Assembly: GCA_951406725.2 (NCBI GenBank)
Contig: OX597826.1
Location: 16,368,001 to 16,432,000, forward strand
Reading direction: 5' to 3'
Origin: Octopus vulgaris
Lineage: Eukaryota
DNA: 64,000 bases
Positions 40,005 to 53,384 of this stretch are shown one piece after another. The first letter of the stretch is position 1. Every line of letters starts with the position of its first letter. Below the pieces are notes generated by a model. The model did not search any database. It worked only from the letters and a program-made list of their open reading frames with translations, and was not told the DNA's origin. A program made the position numbers and the translations under genes.

Positions 40005-42681
40005 TAATAATAATGATAATACTACTAATAATAAATGGAACACAATGACAAGCCACAATACAACGGGCGGATAAATATAATTACTATAAAATAGTTGATT
40101 TAGGAGTCATACACACACTACTATGCCACAACCCTCCAAAAGCATACAGGAATAAAGTCATACTGTAGATACCCAACAATATTAACAACACTTACATGTG
40201 CCATAGAAGGCCGATACCCTACAGAAGACAAAACATGTGCTACACAAACAACACACTATATGATAACTAATACAAAAGAAGATTCAAAACCTCACAACAA
40301 AACGTACAATATAATACAATATTACCCCTCTCCCCTTTAAAAAAATACGGCACAAACCACCGCAAAGGTGCACCAAGTGGTGTATTATAAAGTTGTCTGA
40401 AACTTTTAGATGTCGGAAAAGGATAGTGGTGATGACGATGTTGACAAACGTTTCCTTAACTTAGTTTATGAGAGACAGGATTTTCCACAGGACTCTCTTT
40501 GTAACAGCGAAAATGAAGCTGGACCGTTAAGGAAAGGCCTCTCACTCGGGAGTGGAACAGTAAAGATGAAGACTGACTGCAACTGTCATCCCAATACAGC
40601 CTCAGCAGATAATAGAGCCTAGTAGAATGAAGTAGATTAGCAAAGAAAACAGATTAGTGATACAGTGCTACTTAGAAAGTGAACCTAAAAGAAGGGGCTA
40701 TAGAAAAAAGATGTTAAAACTTTGAGTAGAGAAGGATATGTTTAAAGTGATTGAATAGAGATTAGTTGAGCAGACTAAAGCTATTCGGAGAAGAAAAGGG
40801 ATAACTGAATTGGAGGTGGAATAGATGACAAGAGAACTGGAAAAGAAAAACCAGACAGTGGGAAAAACAAGCAACAACGTAAGAGATACAGCTCAAGACA
40901 AAGAATAACTTAAAGGGAAAAATAATAACAGCGCTATCAATAAGGAAGGGACGACTGACACCAACAGCTTAAGGGATTTAATTGAGGAAGATCAGAATAT
41001 TTTAGATGAGTTACAGTAAAGTAAGAAACAAATTGCCAGCATTAAAAGGCACCAAAAGACATAAATTACAGGAAATGACTAGGAAAGTCGATTCTACATT
41101 CAGTAGCTTAAATAGAAAAGTATAGAAGACACTAACTTAATGATCCATCCAGGAAGGGTAACAGTCGCCAGAAGATTAGATATATCACAGGGAATTATTT
41201 TAAAAAGGCAAATGTGGAAAAAGAGACTACGAAATAAGGTGAAGACTTTAAGACAAGATCTGTGTAAACAAACAAGTTAGGAAACTCAAGATACAAATCT
41301 TGCCTCGAGGATAGATACGTCGTCAATGAAACAGGATTTGTGACAATAACAGAAGAGTTGAAACAGCGTATAGTAGAAGGTAACCTCTCTAGAAAACAGA
41401 AAAGAATAGATCAGTATCAACAAAATAGTTTGTTTGAGACAGACCAGAGGAGATTTTGCAACCAAATAAATAATGGAGAACGAAGTCCTGATGAAGCTAG
41501 AAAATTCTGCCGTAATATTTGGGATAAACCAGCCAAACGTAATGAAGATGCAGTATGGCGAAATAAAGTGAGGGAATAAATAGTGAGTGAGAAGCAGCCA
41601 GATATAAGATTAACTACTGTACTAGTGAGAAGGGTGTTAGGGAAAATGCCAAATTGGAAGGGACAGCACTAGATTAATTCAAGGGTACTGGCTAAAGAAA
41701 TTCAGCAGTTTACATCGGAGACTAAGGGATCAATCTCTGGATTGTCTTAATGGAGAAATAATACCAGATTCCACCAGATGGAGGACGATACTCATTATGA
41801 AGGATAAGAGCAAGGATAATACAGCTAGCAACTCTAGGCCAATCATTTGCTTACAATTAGCGTGGATGCTGTTAACAGGAGTGCTTTTAAAAAGCATTTA
41901 CAAGCACTTTGACAACCAAAATTTACTATCAGAATAAAAGAATGTTTTCAGGAAGAAGGCTAGAAGAACGCATAATCTATTATATATAGACAAAGTAGTT
42001 CTAAATGAAGTAAACACTAGAAAGGAAAATCTACCAATAGATAAGAACGCATATCACATGATCCTACACTCATGGGTAAGTGAATGTTTGAGTATATTCA
42101 GTATAGCAGACAACATAAGAGAATTAATTAGCTTTAGCATGAAGAAATGGAAAGTAGACTTTACTAAGATGACACATTCTTAGGGAAAGTTAATATAAAA
42201 AGAGGAATTTCCCCAGGGACTCATTGTCCCCTTTACTATTTGTCTTATGTTTCATCCTCCTGTTTAGTATTAAGGAAGGCAAAGGCAGAGTATCAGTTCA
42301 GAAATAGTAGCAGAAAATTTAGCCATTAGATAGGTGTGTGATATTAGTCATGAGAAGGGGACAGCGAAGGCTTCTAATTACCAGGTGGCCAGACATTAAA
42401 ATCATTGAAATGAGGAGAGAGGTATGAGCATCTAGGAGTATTAAAATCTGACAGAGTACTAAGTACAGAAATGAAAACGAAAATTGAGGAGTACATCAGA
42501 GGGGCGAGGAAGTTAATGAAGTCAAAACTAAATGGTCCGAATCTTGTGAAGGCTGGAAATACTTGGGCTGAGTCATTACTTAGATACTCAGCAGCTTTTA
42601 TAGATTGGACAAAAACTGAATTAGCAAAGATAGACAGAATTAGGAAAAAATTAAATATGAATATATACCTTCCTAGAAAGG

Positions 42682-42909
42682 CCGATGGTGGCGAGCTAGC
42701 AGAAACGTTAGCACACCAGGCGAAATGCGTAGCCGTATTTCGTCTGCCGTTACGTTCTGAGTTCAAATTCCGCCGAGATGGACTTTGCTTTTCATCCTTT
42801 CGGGGTCGATAAATAAAGTACCAGTTTCGCACTGGGGTCGATGTAATCGACTTAATCCCTTTGTCCTTGTTTGTCTCTTCTATGTTTAGCCCCTTGTGGG
42901 CAGTAAAGA
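42682..42909 (+). mobile_element. Monomeric SINE family A nested in the LINE
   Basis: 22-bp TSD aatatataccttcctagaaagg at 42660-42681 and 42910-42931, duplicating the YLPRK codons. Confidence 0.93.
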
Positions 42910-43550
42910 AATATATACCTTCCTAGAAAGGAAGGAGGAAGAGGGTTAATATCAGAAGAAGACTGCGTGGAGTGAGCTAGAGTAGATATAGACTCCTATA
43001 TTGGTAACAGTGAAGAAGTTTATTAAAAACTGCTAGGATCACAGCAATATATAGGGAAACCAAATCATCAAACGAACTTAAAACCCAGATCAAAGAACAG
43101 AAATTACCTGACTGGCAAGAGGAGGCTGTGCATGGTAGATTCCCGAATATAATTTCAGCAAACAGTAGAAGTTATGGCTGCAGAAAGGAAAGTTGGAGAG
43201 GGGGACATAACGTTTGTTAGTAGTTGCACAAGATCAAACATTAAGGACTAATTGGATAAAAGCCAAGATAGACAAAAATAACTAGATTCCCAATGTAGAT
43301 TATGCAAATATCAAAAGAAGAAAGCGTTATTTATATAGTAAGTGAATGTAGTATGCTCGCACCGAGGGAATACAACTTTGCTCTCTAGGGAGAGCAATCC
43401 ACTAGGAGCTATGTAGAAAGCTAAGATTTGATCATTCTGACAAATGGTATGAACTTGAACCTAGTAAATTACTAGAAAGTAATAAATACAAGATGTTGCG
43501 GGACTTTAATATTCAGACTGACGGAGTAATAGAAGCTAGAAGGCCTGATT

Positions 43551-43570
43551 TGGTGGTGGTGGTGGTGGTG

Positions 43571-43637
<67 letters not shown>
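43551..43637. repeat. (GTG)n(GTA)n microsatellite inside the LINE endonuclease motif
   Basis: Interrupts PDLVV..VDK in frame. Confidence 0.9.
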
Positions 43638-44052
43638 ATAAAGTGAAGAGATAGTGCGAGATAATTGACTTTACAGTCCCAAAAGATGAAAATATGAGAA
43701 TTATAGAAAAAATAGCCAAGTACCATGACCTAGATATTAAATTATAGACACTACGGAAAGTGTAGGTAAAATGTTTCCCACTAGCTATAGGTGCATTGGA
43801 AATTCTCCCTAGAGATCTGAACAGTTGGATAGAGGGAATAGACATAAAACCCAGTTTAGTACAGCTACAGAAAACAGTGTTATTAGGAGGTTTCTTTGCC
43901 TCTTAGGAGGTTTCTTTGCCTCTAACGTTACTTGTTTTAACCCAATAGGAGAGCTCTTGGCATCTACATCTACTTGCTGTAACTGATTCTTTTCTTTTCC
44001 AACAGTATTATCTGTTGAGTGTATAATAATAATAATAATAATAATATATATA

Positions 44053-44433
44053 GGAGCACTCCGTCGGTTACGACGATGAGGGTCCCAGCTGATACGATCA
44101 ACGGAACAGCTTGCTCGTGGAATTAACGTGCAAGTGGCTGAGCATTCCACAGACACGTGTACCCTTAACGTAGTTCTCGAGGAGATTCAGCGTGACACAG
44201 AGTGTGACAAGGCTGGCCCTTTGAAATACAGGTACCACAGAAACAGGAAGAAAGAGTGAGAGAAAGTTGTGGTGAAAGAGTACAGCAGGGTTCACCCCCC
44301 CCTCCCTGCAGGAGCCTTGTGAAGCTTTAGGTGTTTTCGCTCAATAAACACTCACGATGCCCGGTCTGGGAATCGAAACCGCGATCCTACGACCGCGAGT
44401 CCGCTGCCCTAACCACTGGGCCATTGCGCCTCC
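44053..44433 (-). mobile_element. tRNA-derived SINE family C, tail type 1
   Basis: Minus-strand head ggaggcgcaatggcccagtggttagggcagcggactcgcggtcgtaggatcgcggtttcgattcc (A and B boxes). Tail ends ..cgtcgtaaccgacggagtgctcc. Confidence 0.9.
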
Positions 44434-44435
44434 AC

Positions 44436-44447
44436 AATAATAATAAT

Positions 44448-44544
<97 letters not shown>

Positions 44545-44545
44545 G
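44436..44545. repeat. (AAC)n/(AAT)n microsatellite
   Basis: Direct reading. Confidence 0.95.
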
Positions 44546-45182
44546 TAACAGCTTTGTATATAAGATAGTATTAAAGTTATGATGCAGAAATAATCATGTC
44601 TAAACTTATTGGTAGTGAAAAAAAATCTAGATTAGAGGAAAAAATTATTTACGCAGCCAATTAACTGATTTTGACAGTCATGTTTCCAAAGCGGAAGTGA
44701 ATGAAAGTAAATATCGTTTCGTCTGTGTAAGCAACAAACAGCAGATATTTAAGCATTCAAGCAGACAAAATAAACATGACAGAATTATTTGTAGCTCAAT
44801 TCAAACTTACGTTGTGTATATATATTGTCCAGTCGTAACGAACTTGATTAAGATCCGAAATCGTGATTAGGTAAGACAGCGTTTTATACTAAGCTAGGCG
44901 AGACACGACTATACACCAGACACTTTTTTTGCAAGGTAAGCAAGTGAATACTCACACAAATACACACACGATACACACACACACACATATATATATACAC
45001 AGGCATGTACGTATGTATATATGTGTGTGTGAGGTGTGAGTGTGTATATATGTATGTATATGTATGTATGTATATATACGCACACACATATATATATATA
45101 TATGTATATATAGATGTATTTATATATATGTATATATATATGTATATATATGTGTGTGTGTGTGTGTATGTGTGTGTGTGAC

Positions 45183-45492
45183 GGAGTCGCAATGGGCCAG
45201 TGGTTAGGGCAGCGGACTCATGGTGGTAGGATAACGGTTTCGATTCCCAGACCGGGCATTGTGAGTGTTTATTGAGCGAAGAAATCTAAAGCTCCACGAG
45301 GCTCCGGCAGGGTGTTGGTGGCGATCCCTGCTGAACTCTTTTGCCACAACTTTCTGTCACTCTTTCTTCTGTTGGCCTGCTCGCTTAGCCAGCGGGGTGG
45401 CGTCATTTGAAGGCTAAAACAATGCGAAGGGCATTGCGACCAGCGATGTGTAGCAACATCTGATAGTCTGGTCGGTCACGGTGGTCACGGTG
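45183..45492 (+). mobile_element. SINE family C, tail type 2
   Basis: Same head and body as 44053-44433 up to ..cacaactttct.tcactcttt, then a different tail (ggcctgctcgcttagccagcggggtggcg..ggtcacggtga). Confidence 0.88.
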
Positions 45493-46068
45493 ATATATAC
45501 ATACACACACATATATTATATATATATATATATGGTTGTGGATGGGGTCTTACATAATAAAGTTACGATACTTTTGTCCTTTGATAAAGAATGATAATTG
45601 ATCTCCTCGACTTGTTTTACTAGTTTAGTGCTTGTCCTGTAATACTTCTCATTGAATTTCTGCTCAGAAAAAATACTGCTCAGAAAAAATAGGTATGACA
45701 CAGTATTTACTACGAAATTTGCTGAAGATGACCAACAATCTTGCTTCTTCCTAGAATAATCACAAATTTTGTCAAATTATTCTTATTGGAATTTGGTTCT
45801 TTCTCGACTAATCTAAGCGCATGATGGTAGACAGCTGACCATATTTCTTAGTTACATTTTTTAATGCTACAAAGAAATGAGGTTAGATGTGTACGGAAAC
45901 CCCTAATGGATATTGAAAGAAAAAAAGTATGTTAAAACACTGTATCATGCATTTTGAAACGAAAGACGTTGTGGCCGAATGGCTTTCTTACCTATATGCA
46001 AAGCAAGCTAAATAATGCTTTTTGTTCCAAACTCGTAAGGTTTAAAAGTATATGTCTGCACACATACA

Positions 46069-46103
<35 letters not shown>

Positions 46104-46105
<2 letters not shown>

Positions 46106-46259
46106 TTTATTTTAAGCAGCAGAAAATTCAACAAAATCTGTTACTCTGAGTTTCTCGTTGCCGTTCATCAGACAGTTTTTGCTAATAAAGCATATTACTC
46201 TACCTCTGGTATTTGAGTACTCTTTTTTCCACCTTGTTTCACATTTATGTGTTTACTCC

Positions 46260-46261
<2 letters not shown>
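46104..46261 (-). mobile_element. Short PLE-like pseudo-LTR fragment embedded in (TA)n
   Basis: About 160 bp of non-coding DNA between two (TA)n tracts, carrying a hammerhead and AATAAA on the minus strand. Confidence 0.6.
46133..46179 (-). ncRNA. Minimal type-I hammerhead ribozyme motif
   Basis: Minus strand: aaaaCTGT-CTGATGA-ACG gcaa CGA-GAA-ACTC a GAGT-A-ACAGatttt. The core is canonical, the triplet is GUA, and there is one A.A mismatch at the base of stem II. Confidence 0.8.
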
Positions 46262-46327
<66 letters not shown>

Positions 46328-46381
46328 TAGATATAGATATATATATAAATATGTATGTGTGTGTGTGAGTGTGTGTGTGTG

Positions 46382-46740
46382 CCGTGGTACTCCGTCGGTT
46401 ACGACGACAAGGGTTCTAGTTGATCTGATCAGCGGAACAGCCTGCTCGTGATATGAACTTGCAAGTGACTGAGCACTCCACAAACACGTGTACCCTAAAC
46501 GTGGTAGATTCAGCGTGACACAGAGTGTGACAAGACTGGCCCTTTGAAATACGGGTACATCAGAAATAAAAGAGTGAGAGAAAGTTGTGGTGAAAGAGTG
46601 AAACAGGGTTCGCCACCACCCCGCTCCCGGAGCCTCGTGGAACATTAGGTGTTTTCGCTCAATAAACACTCACAACGCCCGGTCTTGGTATCGAAACCGC
46701 GATCATACGACCCCGAGTCCGCTGCCCTAACCACTGGGTC
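46382..46740 (-). mobile_element. SINE family C, tail type 1
   Basis: Colinear with 44053-44420. Confidence 0.88.
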
Positions 46741-46769
46741 ACACGCACAAACACATATACATTTATATG

Positions 46770-46826
<57 letters not shown>

Positions 46827-46897
46827 GAATATATACATCTTTATGCATATATTTATATATATTTGTGTCTGTATATAAATACATATATATATACATA

Positions 46898-47463
46898 GTT
46901 GTATTTAGGAATGGTCATTTTGCCAGTTTAGCCAATAAAAACACACGCACTATATATTTGGTGTTACTTTGCTTCAGCATTATTTATTTTTTACATTAAT
47001 CTTAATCTTATTTCGGCTAGAGTTCTTTCGTCATACTTCTGTGACCGCATCAGTGGTCCTTTGCTCTCTTCTTTCTTATTTGTGTGTCTCTCCTTACTAA
47101 CGGTCAGCCATTTTGTATTTTGTATTTCTATTGCATGTCTTCCTTTGCGCATGCGTATAACTCTATGTTTCTCTATGTTTAGTTAGTGTATGTGTGTGGG
47201 TAGTGTCTGTAATATTTGTATCTCCTGTTTATATAAGTTTGTGTACTTTGTTTTTGTTTTTGTTTTGTGACGAGAGAACTCTGACCGAAATAAGATTAAG
47301 ATTAATGTAAAAAATAAATAACGCTGAAGCAAAGTAACGCCAAATATATAGTGCGTGTGTTTTTATTGGCTAAACAGTCAAAATGACCATTCCTAAATGC
47401 AACAATATCTGTTTCAACATACGATTTCACATAAAAAAAATCTTGCAAAACAAATATATAAAC

Positions 47464-47464
<1 letters not shown>
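46898..47464. mobile_element. Fold-back element, same family as 30432-30866 (arms about 135 bp, spacer about 230 bp)
   Basis: 46898-47033 is complementary to 47267-47403. The terminal extension 47404-47464 is the reverse complement of 30432-30490. Confidence 0.85.
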
Positions 47465-47512
<48 letters not shown>

Positions 47513-47699
47513 TAAACCATATTATAATGAAATCAAAAGTTTTGTGAAATACAGCTACCCATGGTTTCCCGACTGAAGCTTAAATTTATTTCACTATTTT
47601 TGACACTGAGAAAAAAAACTTTCTATGATGTAAGGAATGAATTGACGTAAGATGTATATATATTCAATTGATTCTTAATGGTTTACACAGAGAATGGTG

Positions 47700-48575
47700 C
47701 TGTTCCCATGGCTTCACTCATGGTCCGAGACTTGACCTGTGTGAATGTTGCTCTTAATTGTTCGTCCGAACATTTGTAAGTCGATGACATTGGTAGGATG
47801 TGAATTCAGATACAGTGGTATACTAGAGATGTTCATACCAGTAGTGCTAGTCTAGTCCCCCAGAAAATGACAAGTATCGGAGCTTAAGTATTTTTGGGCT
47901 TTGGAGAGTGAATGTAATCTGCGGCGCATTTCAGTATTGTCGACAACTTTTGTGACAATGGGACAATGTATCGACATTCAATGCCAATGGATATCTGAAA
48001 ATGATTAGTGTCTAATTTCGAGTATTTGTAAGTTAATAGTTTCAGGAACATAATTGGGACTGGAAGGAACATCAGAGATAATGTTCTTTGTGGCTTTGTA
48101 TATAAATGATGGATAAGAGTGCTATGGTGTGCTTGTAGTACACATGTAAATCGTTCAGTTAATCATAATTCACTTTAAGAACAATATAGTTCGCAGAATG
48201 ACTGATGGAACATCGAACTTGCCGTGATTTGGAGAGCTAGTCTTTTCTCAAACGACAGTCAGATCGTGTTTTAGATGTACACTGAGATATTTATGCCTTT
48301 TAGGAATACTGACCCAAATATAGTAGCAATATTCAATTGGTTGTTTACGCCGAGTAATTGTTTGCAGCTACTCTTGATGTGGAGCATTTCAGTGCAGTTG
48401 CATTTGGTTTATAGTGCAAAGTTTAGGCATATCGGTTAGAACGATTTGTGGGATACGCTCCTTCTGTCTTTGCTCGAAGCTCTAAACCGAATAAGGTCAA
48501 CATTTTCTTTCCGTATTTCGAGGCCAATAAATACAGTATTAATATAGGTTTGTTCATTCTTTCTATTCTCCCCCC

Positions 48576-48613
<38 letters not shown>

Positions 48614-50150
48614 TTCTGGTTTGCACCTATATTTCAACTCTCCGCAGTTATCAGAGATATTTTGTAGGTTTATTTTGCGATTGCCGACACTGTTTATTTA
48701 AAAGGAAATGATTGATATGTTTCTCGTTGACAGGTGTTTACAATTTATCACTTTACCGAGTTCGAATAAGATTATCAGTGATGTCTTGTGGTTGCATATG
48801 GGTGATGCCACTATGCGAAAGATTATAGATTGATGTAATTATTAGCGTAGGTGTAGCCATATTACAAAATAAATGTGCTAATGTACACAAAGATTATGTC
48901 GGGTTTTATTGGACTTCGTGGCATACCAGAAATAAAGAACGGATGGGAAAAATTACTAGGAGAGAAATATTGATATACACTTGATACGGAAGTACCCATA
49001 AAATGAGTAATGGAAGAAGACCATAGAATGATCTTGCGCTATACATTTTCCCGCCTATCAATGTCAAAATGTTTACTGATACCAAATACAAAGATATTAG
49101 TCTGAAATAAAATTCCTCAATGTCAACGGATCATCACTGAACGGCAAAATCCCTGTATATCTGGCACTGTTGAAGAAGGAAAGAAGTAAAAAAAGAACGT
49201 GTATTTAAAGGGAACTCTCGAATAAAATTTACATATTGATATTTAGTTTGACAGATCACTCTACATGGAGAATAAAGCGTTAGACGAAGATAGCTGTTAA
49301 ATATTTTGCGTAGTGTTTCGGGGTAATGGAAGGACACATTAAATACCTTTTTAGAATTGTTAGGTTAAACATAAAAATAATGTTTCTACTAATGCTATGC
49401 ACATTGTGGTGGTATTGCAATTGGTATATAAGGAGTGTGTGGGATGAGTTATGGGGACAAAAAGGTTGAAGAATTGTTGGTAAGGAATTCAGTGGTGGGG
49501 TATACTGTGATGCTCCAAATTGTCTGTTGATTCACGGATGTTAAAACTGGAGTTATTAATTTAGTTGTGGAAAATAGATGATAGTTTCGTTGTTTTTCAG
49601 GTTTTAGTTCTCAGAAGTGCTGCTGTAGTCAACGCCTTAGGATCTACTTCATCGGGTATGAGGTCATGAGATTCGGATTTGAGCGTGAAGTCAGTAGGTA
49701 ATTAGGAAAATAAGTTTAGTGTTATTATTAACGGGAAAGTTAGTATACTTCATATTTGTAATTCGCAGCTAGAGGAGCTCTAAAATACAGAAAGCATAGA
49801 TTTTTGGCAGTAATTTGGAAATATTCTAACTAAGCGTGAATAGACACTGCCTGCATGATTTGAAATATCTAATACTCCATGAGCTTGAAAATGGAGATAA
49901 GAAAGAGATGAAGCATGTATTTATGCGGTAATACTTATAATTGTTGAATAGAATTTATAGGTATAAACCTTTCTGCTTCTACGCTTGTTTTGTTGGTATA
50001 ATGGAAAACTGAAGAGGTGTTTTGAAAAATTTTGCCTGCAAGGACGTTGACTTCAAAATTAGATGAAGTGACATAGATATCTTTCAATACAGAGATATTT
50101 AATTAAAACTGTTGATGTTCGGAGATGTCTTGAGAATGGTAAACAGCAAA
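47700..50150 (-). mobile_element. Heavily decayed retroelement, possibly a Penelope-like RT/endonuclease region
   Basis: Only faint minus-strand motif echoes: gtatcaagtgtatatcaatatt resembles VSSLYTNI and ttccattaccccgaaacactacgcaaa resembles FY.LPK.HK. Boundaries are uncertain. Confidence 0.3.
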
Positions 50151-51599
50151 TAAATTTCGACGAATACCGAACGGGGAATAATTGAATGTCTCTGTTGCCG
50201 ATATGTATGGAGAAAGAGTAAGGGTGTTGCATTAAAAAAATAGGCGGAAACTGAATTACATTACCACCAAAATGTTACTCGAGAATTTTATTTCGAAATC
50301 TTATAATTATATTCGTTGGTTATTCTTAGCCTTACTTGTACGTAGAATTATAAGAAATAAAGTTATTTATATGGAAAACTTAAACTGAAATATTTCATTT
50401 AAGTGAATTGCATAGTGCTCTGCATTAACTATTAGGAATAAACTAAATGTCCATTGTAGGTTTCCACTTCCCTATCTGTAAATTTAATCTTTAAATTGCA
50501 ATTCATTGCCAAGTACTTCGGTATGTCTACTATTTGAGTAAGCCTACAAATTCAATTCCAAAATAAATTAAATTTCTTGAGAAAAAAATAATCGAAAAAA
50601 CTCAAATAATTTCTTGTTTAAAGCTTGAATGTACCTGTATAAATCTATTGCAAATTGTAATAACTAAATATATTGTATAAAATCTGATTTAATTTACTTT
50701 CCAATTCCCTGTGCTTTATCTGTTTTGATACCAAACCTATTCTCGTATGTAACGTGTGTACCGTTGAAGAAATTTCTATGAATTAGAAATCAAGCCCAGG
50801 AGACCCAATCATGCAAAACTGTCTCCATGTTATGTCTATCCTTCACACACTCGTGCGCGTGCGCAGGAGACTGGGTCAAAAGTGTTTTCGGAGTTTTGGC
50901 AACTTGTATCTTCATATTATATTATCGATTCGATACAACTTTTCCAATCGTAGCTGCATTGTTTATTCTTTATTTTCCTTTGCAACATGTAAAATATAAT
51001 TATTATTCTTTAGTTTACAGCTTCGATAAAAATGGGTGAAAACATTGCAGTTAGTGGTACTTTACGAAACCTGTGAGAACAAATGGGTCTAAGTTGAAGG
51101 GCAATAACAAAAGAAATGTGTAACCGCCAAGGAATGCGTGACACAAATCTTGTTCAGACTTTTCAAGGAAAGTAACACCATTTTCGTAGAAAAACAAGGT
51201 CACGGAGAACGTTTTAAAGGAAGATATAGTCTTGCTTGAAATTATTGCTCAATCGCCAAGCACAAGATTTTGTACTTTATCAGCAAAACTTGATCCCTCT
51301 CAAAGTACCATTAATGTACACCTCCATACACAGAGCATTTAAAACAGATGCTTTCGAGAAGTTCCTCGTGAATTGAACAATGACCATGCTCAACAGTGTG
51401 TGTACATTTGCGATTTCCGGGACGATTCGTACCTTGAGATGAAGAATAAATACTTTTTCTACTCCTAGTGAAATAAATCTGTAGCTTAATTTTGGCCCAG
51501 GTTTCAAAACCTTTTGTCAAACAAGGACAGTTTGAACAAAAGGTCATGTGTATTCGGTGGATATACGCCGATAACATTTATGCTCAACTGCAGTTAGTA

Positions 51600-51790
51600 T
51601 ATGTTGCTTTGAAAGCTTGCAACCCGGTAGTATTCAATTGAAGACACACACTATTAGAGCATAACAATGCCCCATCACACACTGAAAATGTGAACAAAAT
51701 GCAGACTTCAAGGACGTGTCGAGGCAGGAAGTGCTGCTTCAACCTCACTACAGTCCAAACCAGAATTTGCATCATCATTCTACCTTTATT
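51600..51790 (+). mobile_element. mariner catalytic-domain remnant
   Basis: LLEHNNAPSHT and EVLLQPHYSPN resemble HDNAPAH and EVLPHPPYSPDL. Confidence 0.6.
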
Positions 51791-52849
51791 GCTACGTTTA
51801 GCAGCTTTCTACTGCTCTTCTTGTTTCCTCCAAGTCATTACCCTGTACTCTGTTAGTGGTGGACGAAAATACCGAGCAACTGCTCTATTACCATGTTCTT
51901 TTGCATATGGTACGACATCTAGTTTAAATTCGATGTTATAATCGCTTTTATTTTATCAGCCATGGGTTTGGACTCTATACGAAATTTACAGTAAATAAAC
52001 TTACAGGGACATTATGGGAAACCGTACCCTTGCCCCCTCTCACATCACCTGTTGTTTACATTTTGGCCAGGAGAATTGCTATACAAGATGAGAAACTGGT
52101 ATTCCTGAATGTGAATTTTCGTACAAACGTGACAGGACACGATGTGGAAAATAAGAGTAAAAGACTAAAAGAAACAAACGCAAATGAATGACTAAGAAAA
52201 TAACACAACAGGAAGGAGGCCCTGTTATAAGAGCGAGGCATCGGACACATCATCTCATCTGGTCATTGCAAATGGCTGCCAGGAGGTGGACAGTTTATTA
52301 ACAATCTTTTCAAATTTCTCGGAACATTTTTCATTTAGATGATGATCAAATGTTTCTAAAAAGTAACCCAGTCATTAAATAATGTAAAAAAAAATATAAA
52401 GTGTAGGTAATGTATGCTGGAGTAGGAGATGAGTGAGATTATGTGAGCTTCCCTCATAATTGCCGACGTATCGTAAGCAATTTTTCATAAGTTTGTGATA
52501 ACAGAATGTGATAATTCGGCTTCTTTTCAATATTTTGAATGATTTGTTTTTTTCATTATTCAATTATTCGCAACAATTTTTGTGCCCATGGAACTTACCT
52601 CCAATATGCTCGTACGGCTCCCTAGCCTACGGTGGTTGGTCTTCCATCCGTAATTAGGCGCAGAGCAATACTAAAAGCGCAAATCTCCCGGCAAATTCAG
52701 TGTATATACATATATATATGTGTGTGTGCGTGTGTGTGTGTGTGTGTGTATATGCATACATACATATATATAGATATACATACATAATATTATATATATG
52801 CATGTGTATATGTGTATGTGTGCATGTGTGTGTGTGTCCTTATGTCTAA

Positions 52850-53050
52850 AGATGTCCTCCACCACCGCTTGACAGCCAGCGCTATTGTGTTTACGTCCCC
52901 GTAACTTCACAGAAGGGGAACAGATAACAATAGAATAAGTACTAGAATGTATAAACAAAGTACTAGTGTCGATTCATTCGATTTAAAATTCTTCAAGGTG
53001 GTGCACTAGCACGGCTGCAGTCGAATGACTAGAACAAGTAAATGACAAAA
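52850..53050 (+). mobile_element. Decayed 3' half of SINE family B
   Basis: cgcttgacagcc..tgtgtttacgtccccgtaactt..atagaataagtact..gcagtcgaatgact. Confidence 0.7.
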
Positions 53051-53059
53051 GATATAACT

Positions 53060-53375
53060 TGCATTCCGTCGATTCCGACGACGTGGGATCCATTTGATCC
53101 GATATAACGGAAAAATTTGCCTGTGATTTTAATGTGCAACTGGCTGAGCATTCCATAGACATGCATATATATAGCATAGTTCTCAGGGAGATTCAGCGTG
53201 ACAAAGAATGCGTGAACGCTGGCCCTTTGAAACACGGGTGCTGTTCCTTTTTACCAGCTGACTGGACTGGAGCAGCGTGAATGCAAATCGTCCTGCTCAA
53301 GGTCACGACACGCTTCTGGGAATCGAACGCACGATCTTACGATCTTAAGCCAAACATCGCAACCACTAAGTCATT
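53060..53375 (-). mobile_element. Decayed SINE related to family C tail type 1
   Basis: ggctgagcattcca.agac, ggagattcagcgtgaca, ctggccctttgaaa and the B box ctgggaatcgaac. Confidence 0.65.
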
Positions 53376-53384
53376 CGTTCTAAA

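Larger units (their letters stand above)
40400..44045 (+). mobile_element. Near-full-length decayed R4/Dong-clade non-LTR retrotransposon (RT, CCHC, restriction-like endonuclease)
   Basis: ENRLVIQCYLESEPKRRGYRKKM (R4-type N-terminus), YQQNSLFETDQRRF, KMPNWK..GYWLK, RPIICL, KRGI..GDSLSPLLFVL, YLPRKEGGRGL, CRLC..ESVIYIVSEC, DFNIQTDGVIEARRPDLVV..IIDFTVP..EKIAKY. Ends in (TAA)n. The YMDD region appears deleted and there are many stops. Confidence 0.9.

Noticed and set aside
44360-44433. Possible tRNA gene (also 45183-45255 and 58150-58218)
   Set aside because: It is a SINE head continuing into a shared body, with no proper acceptor stem or terminator.
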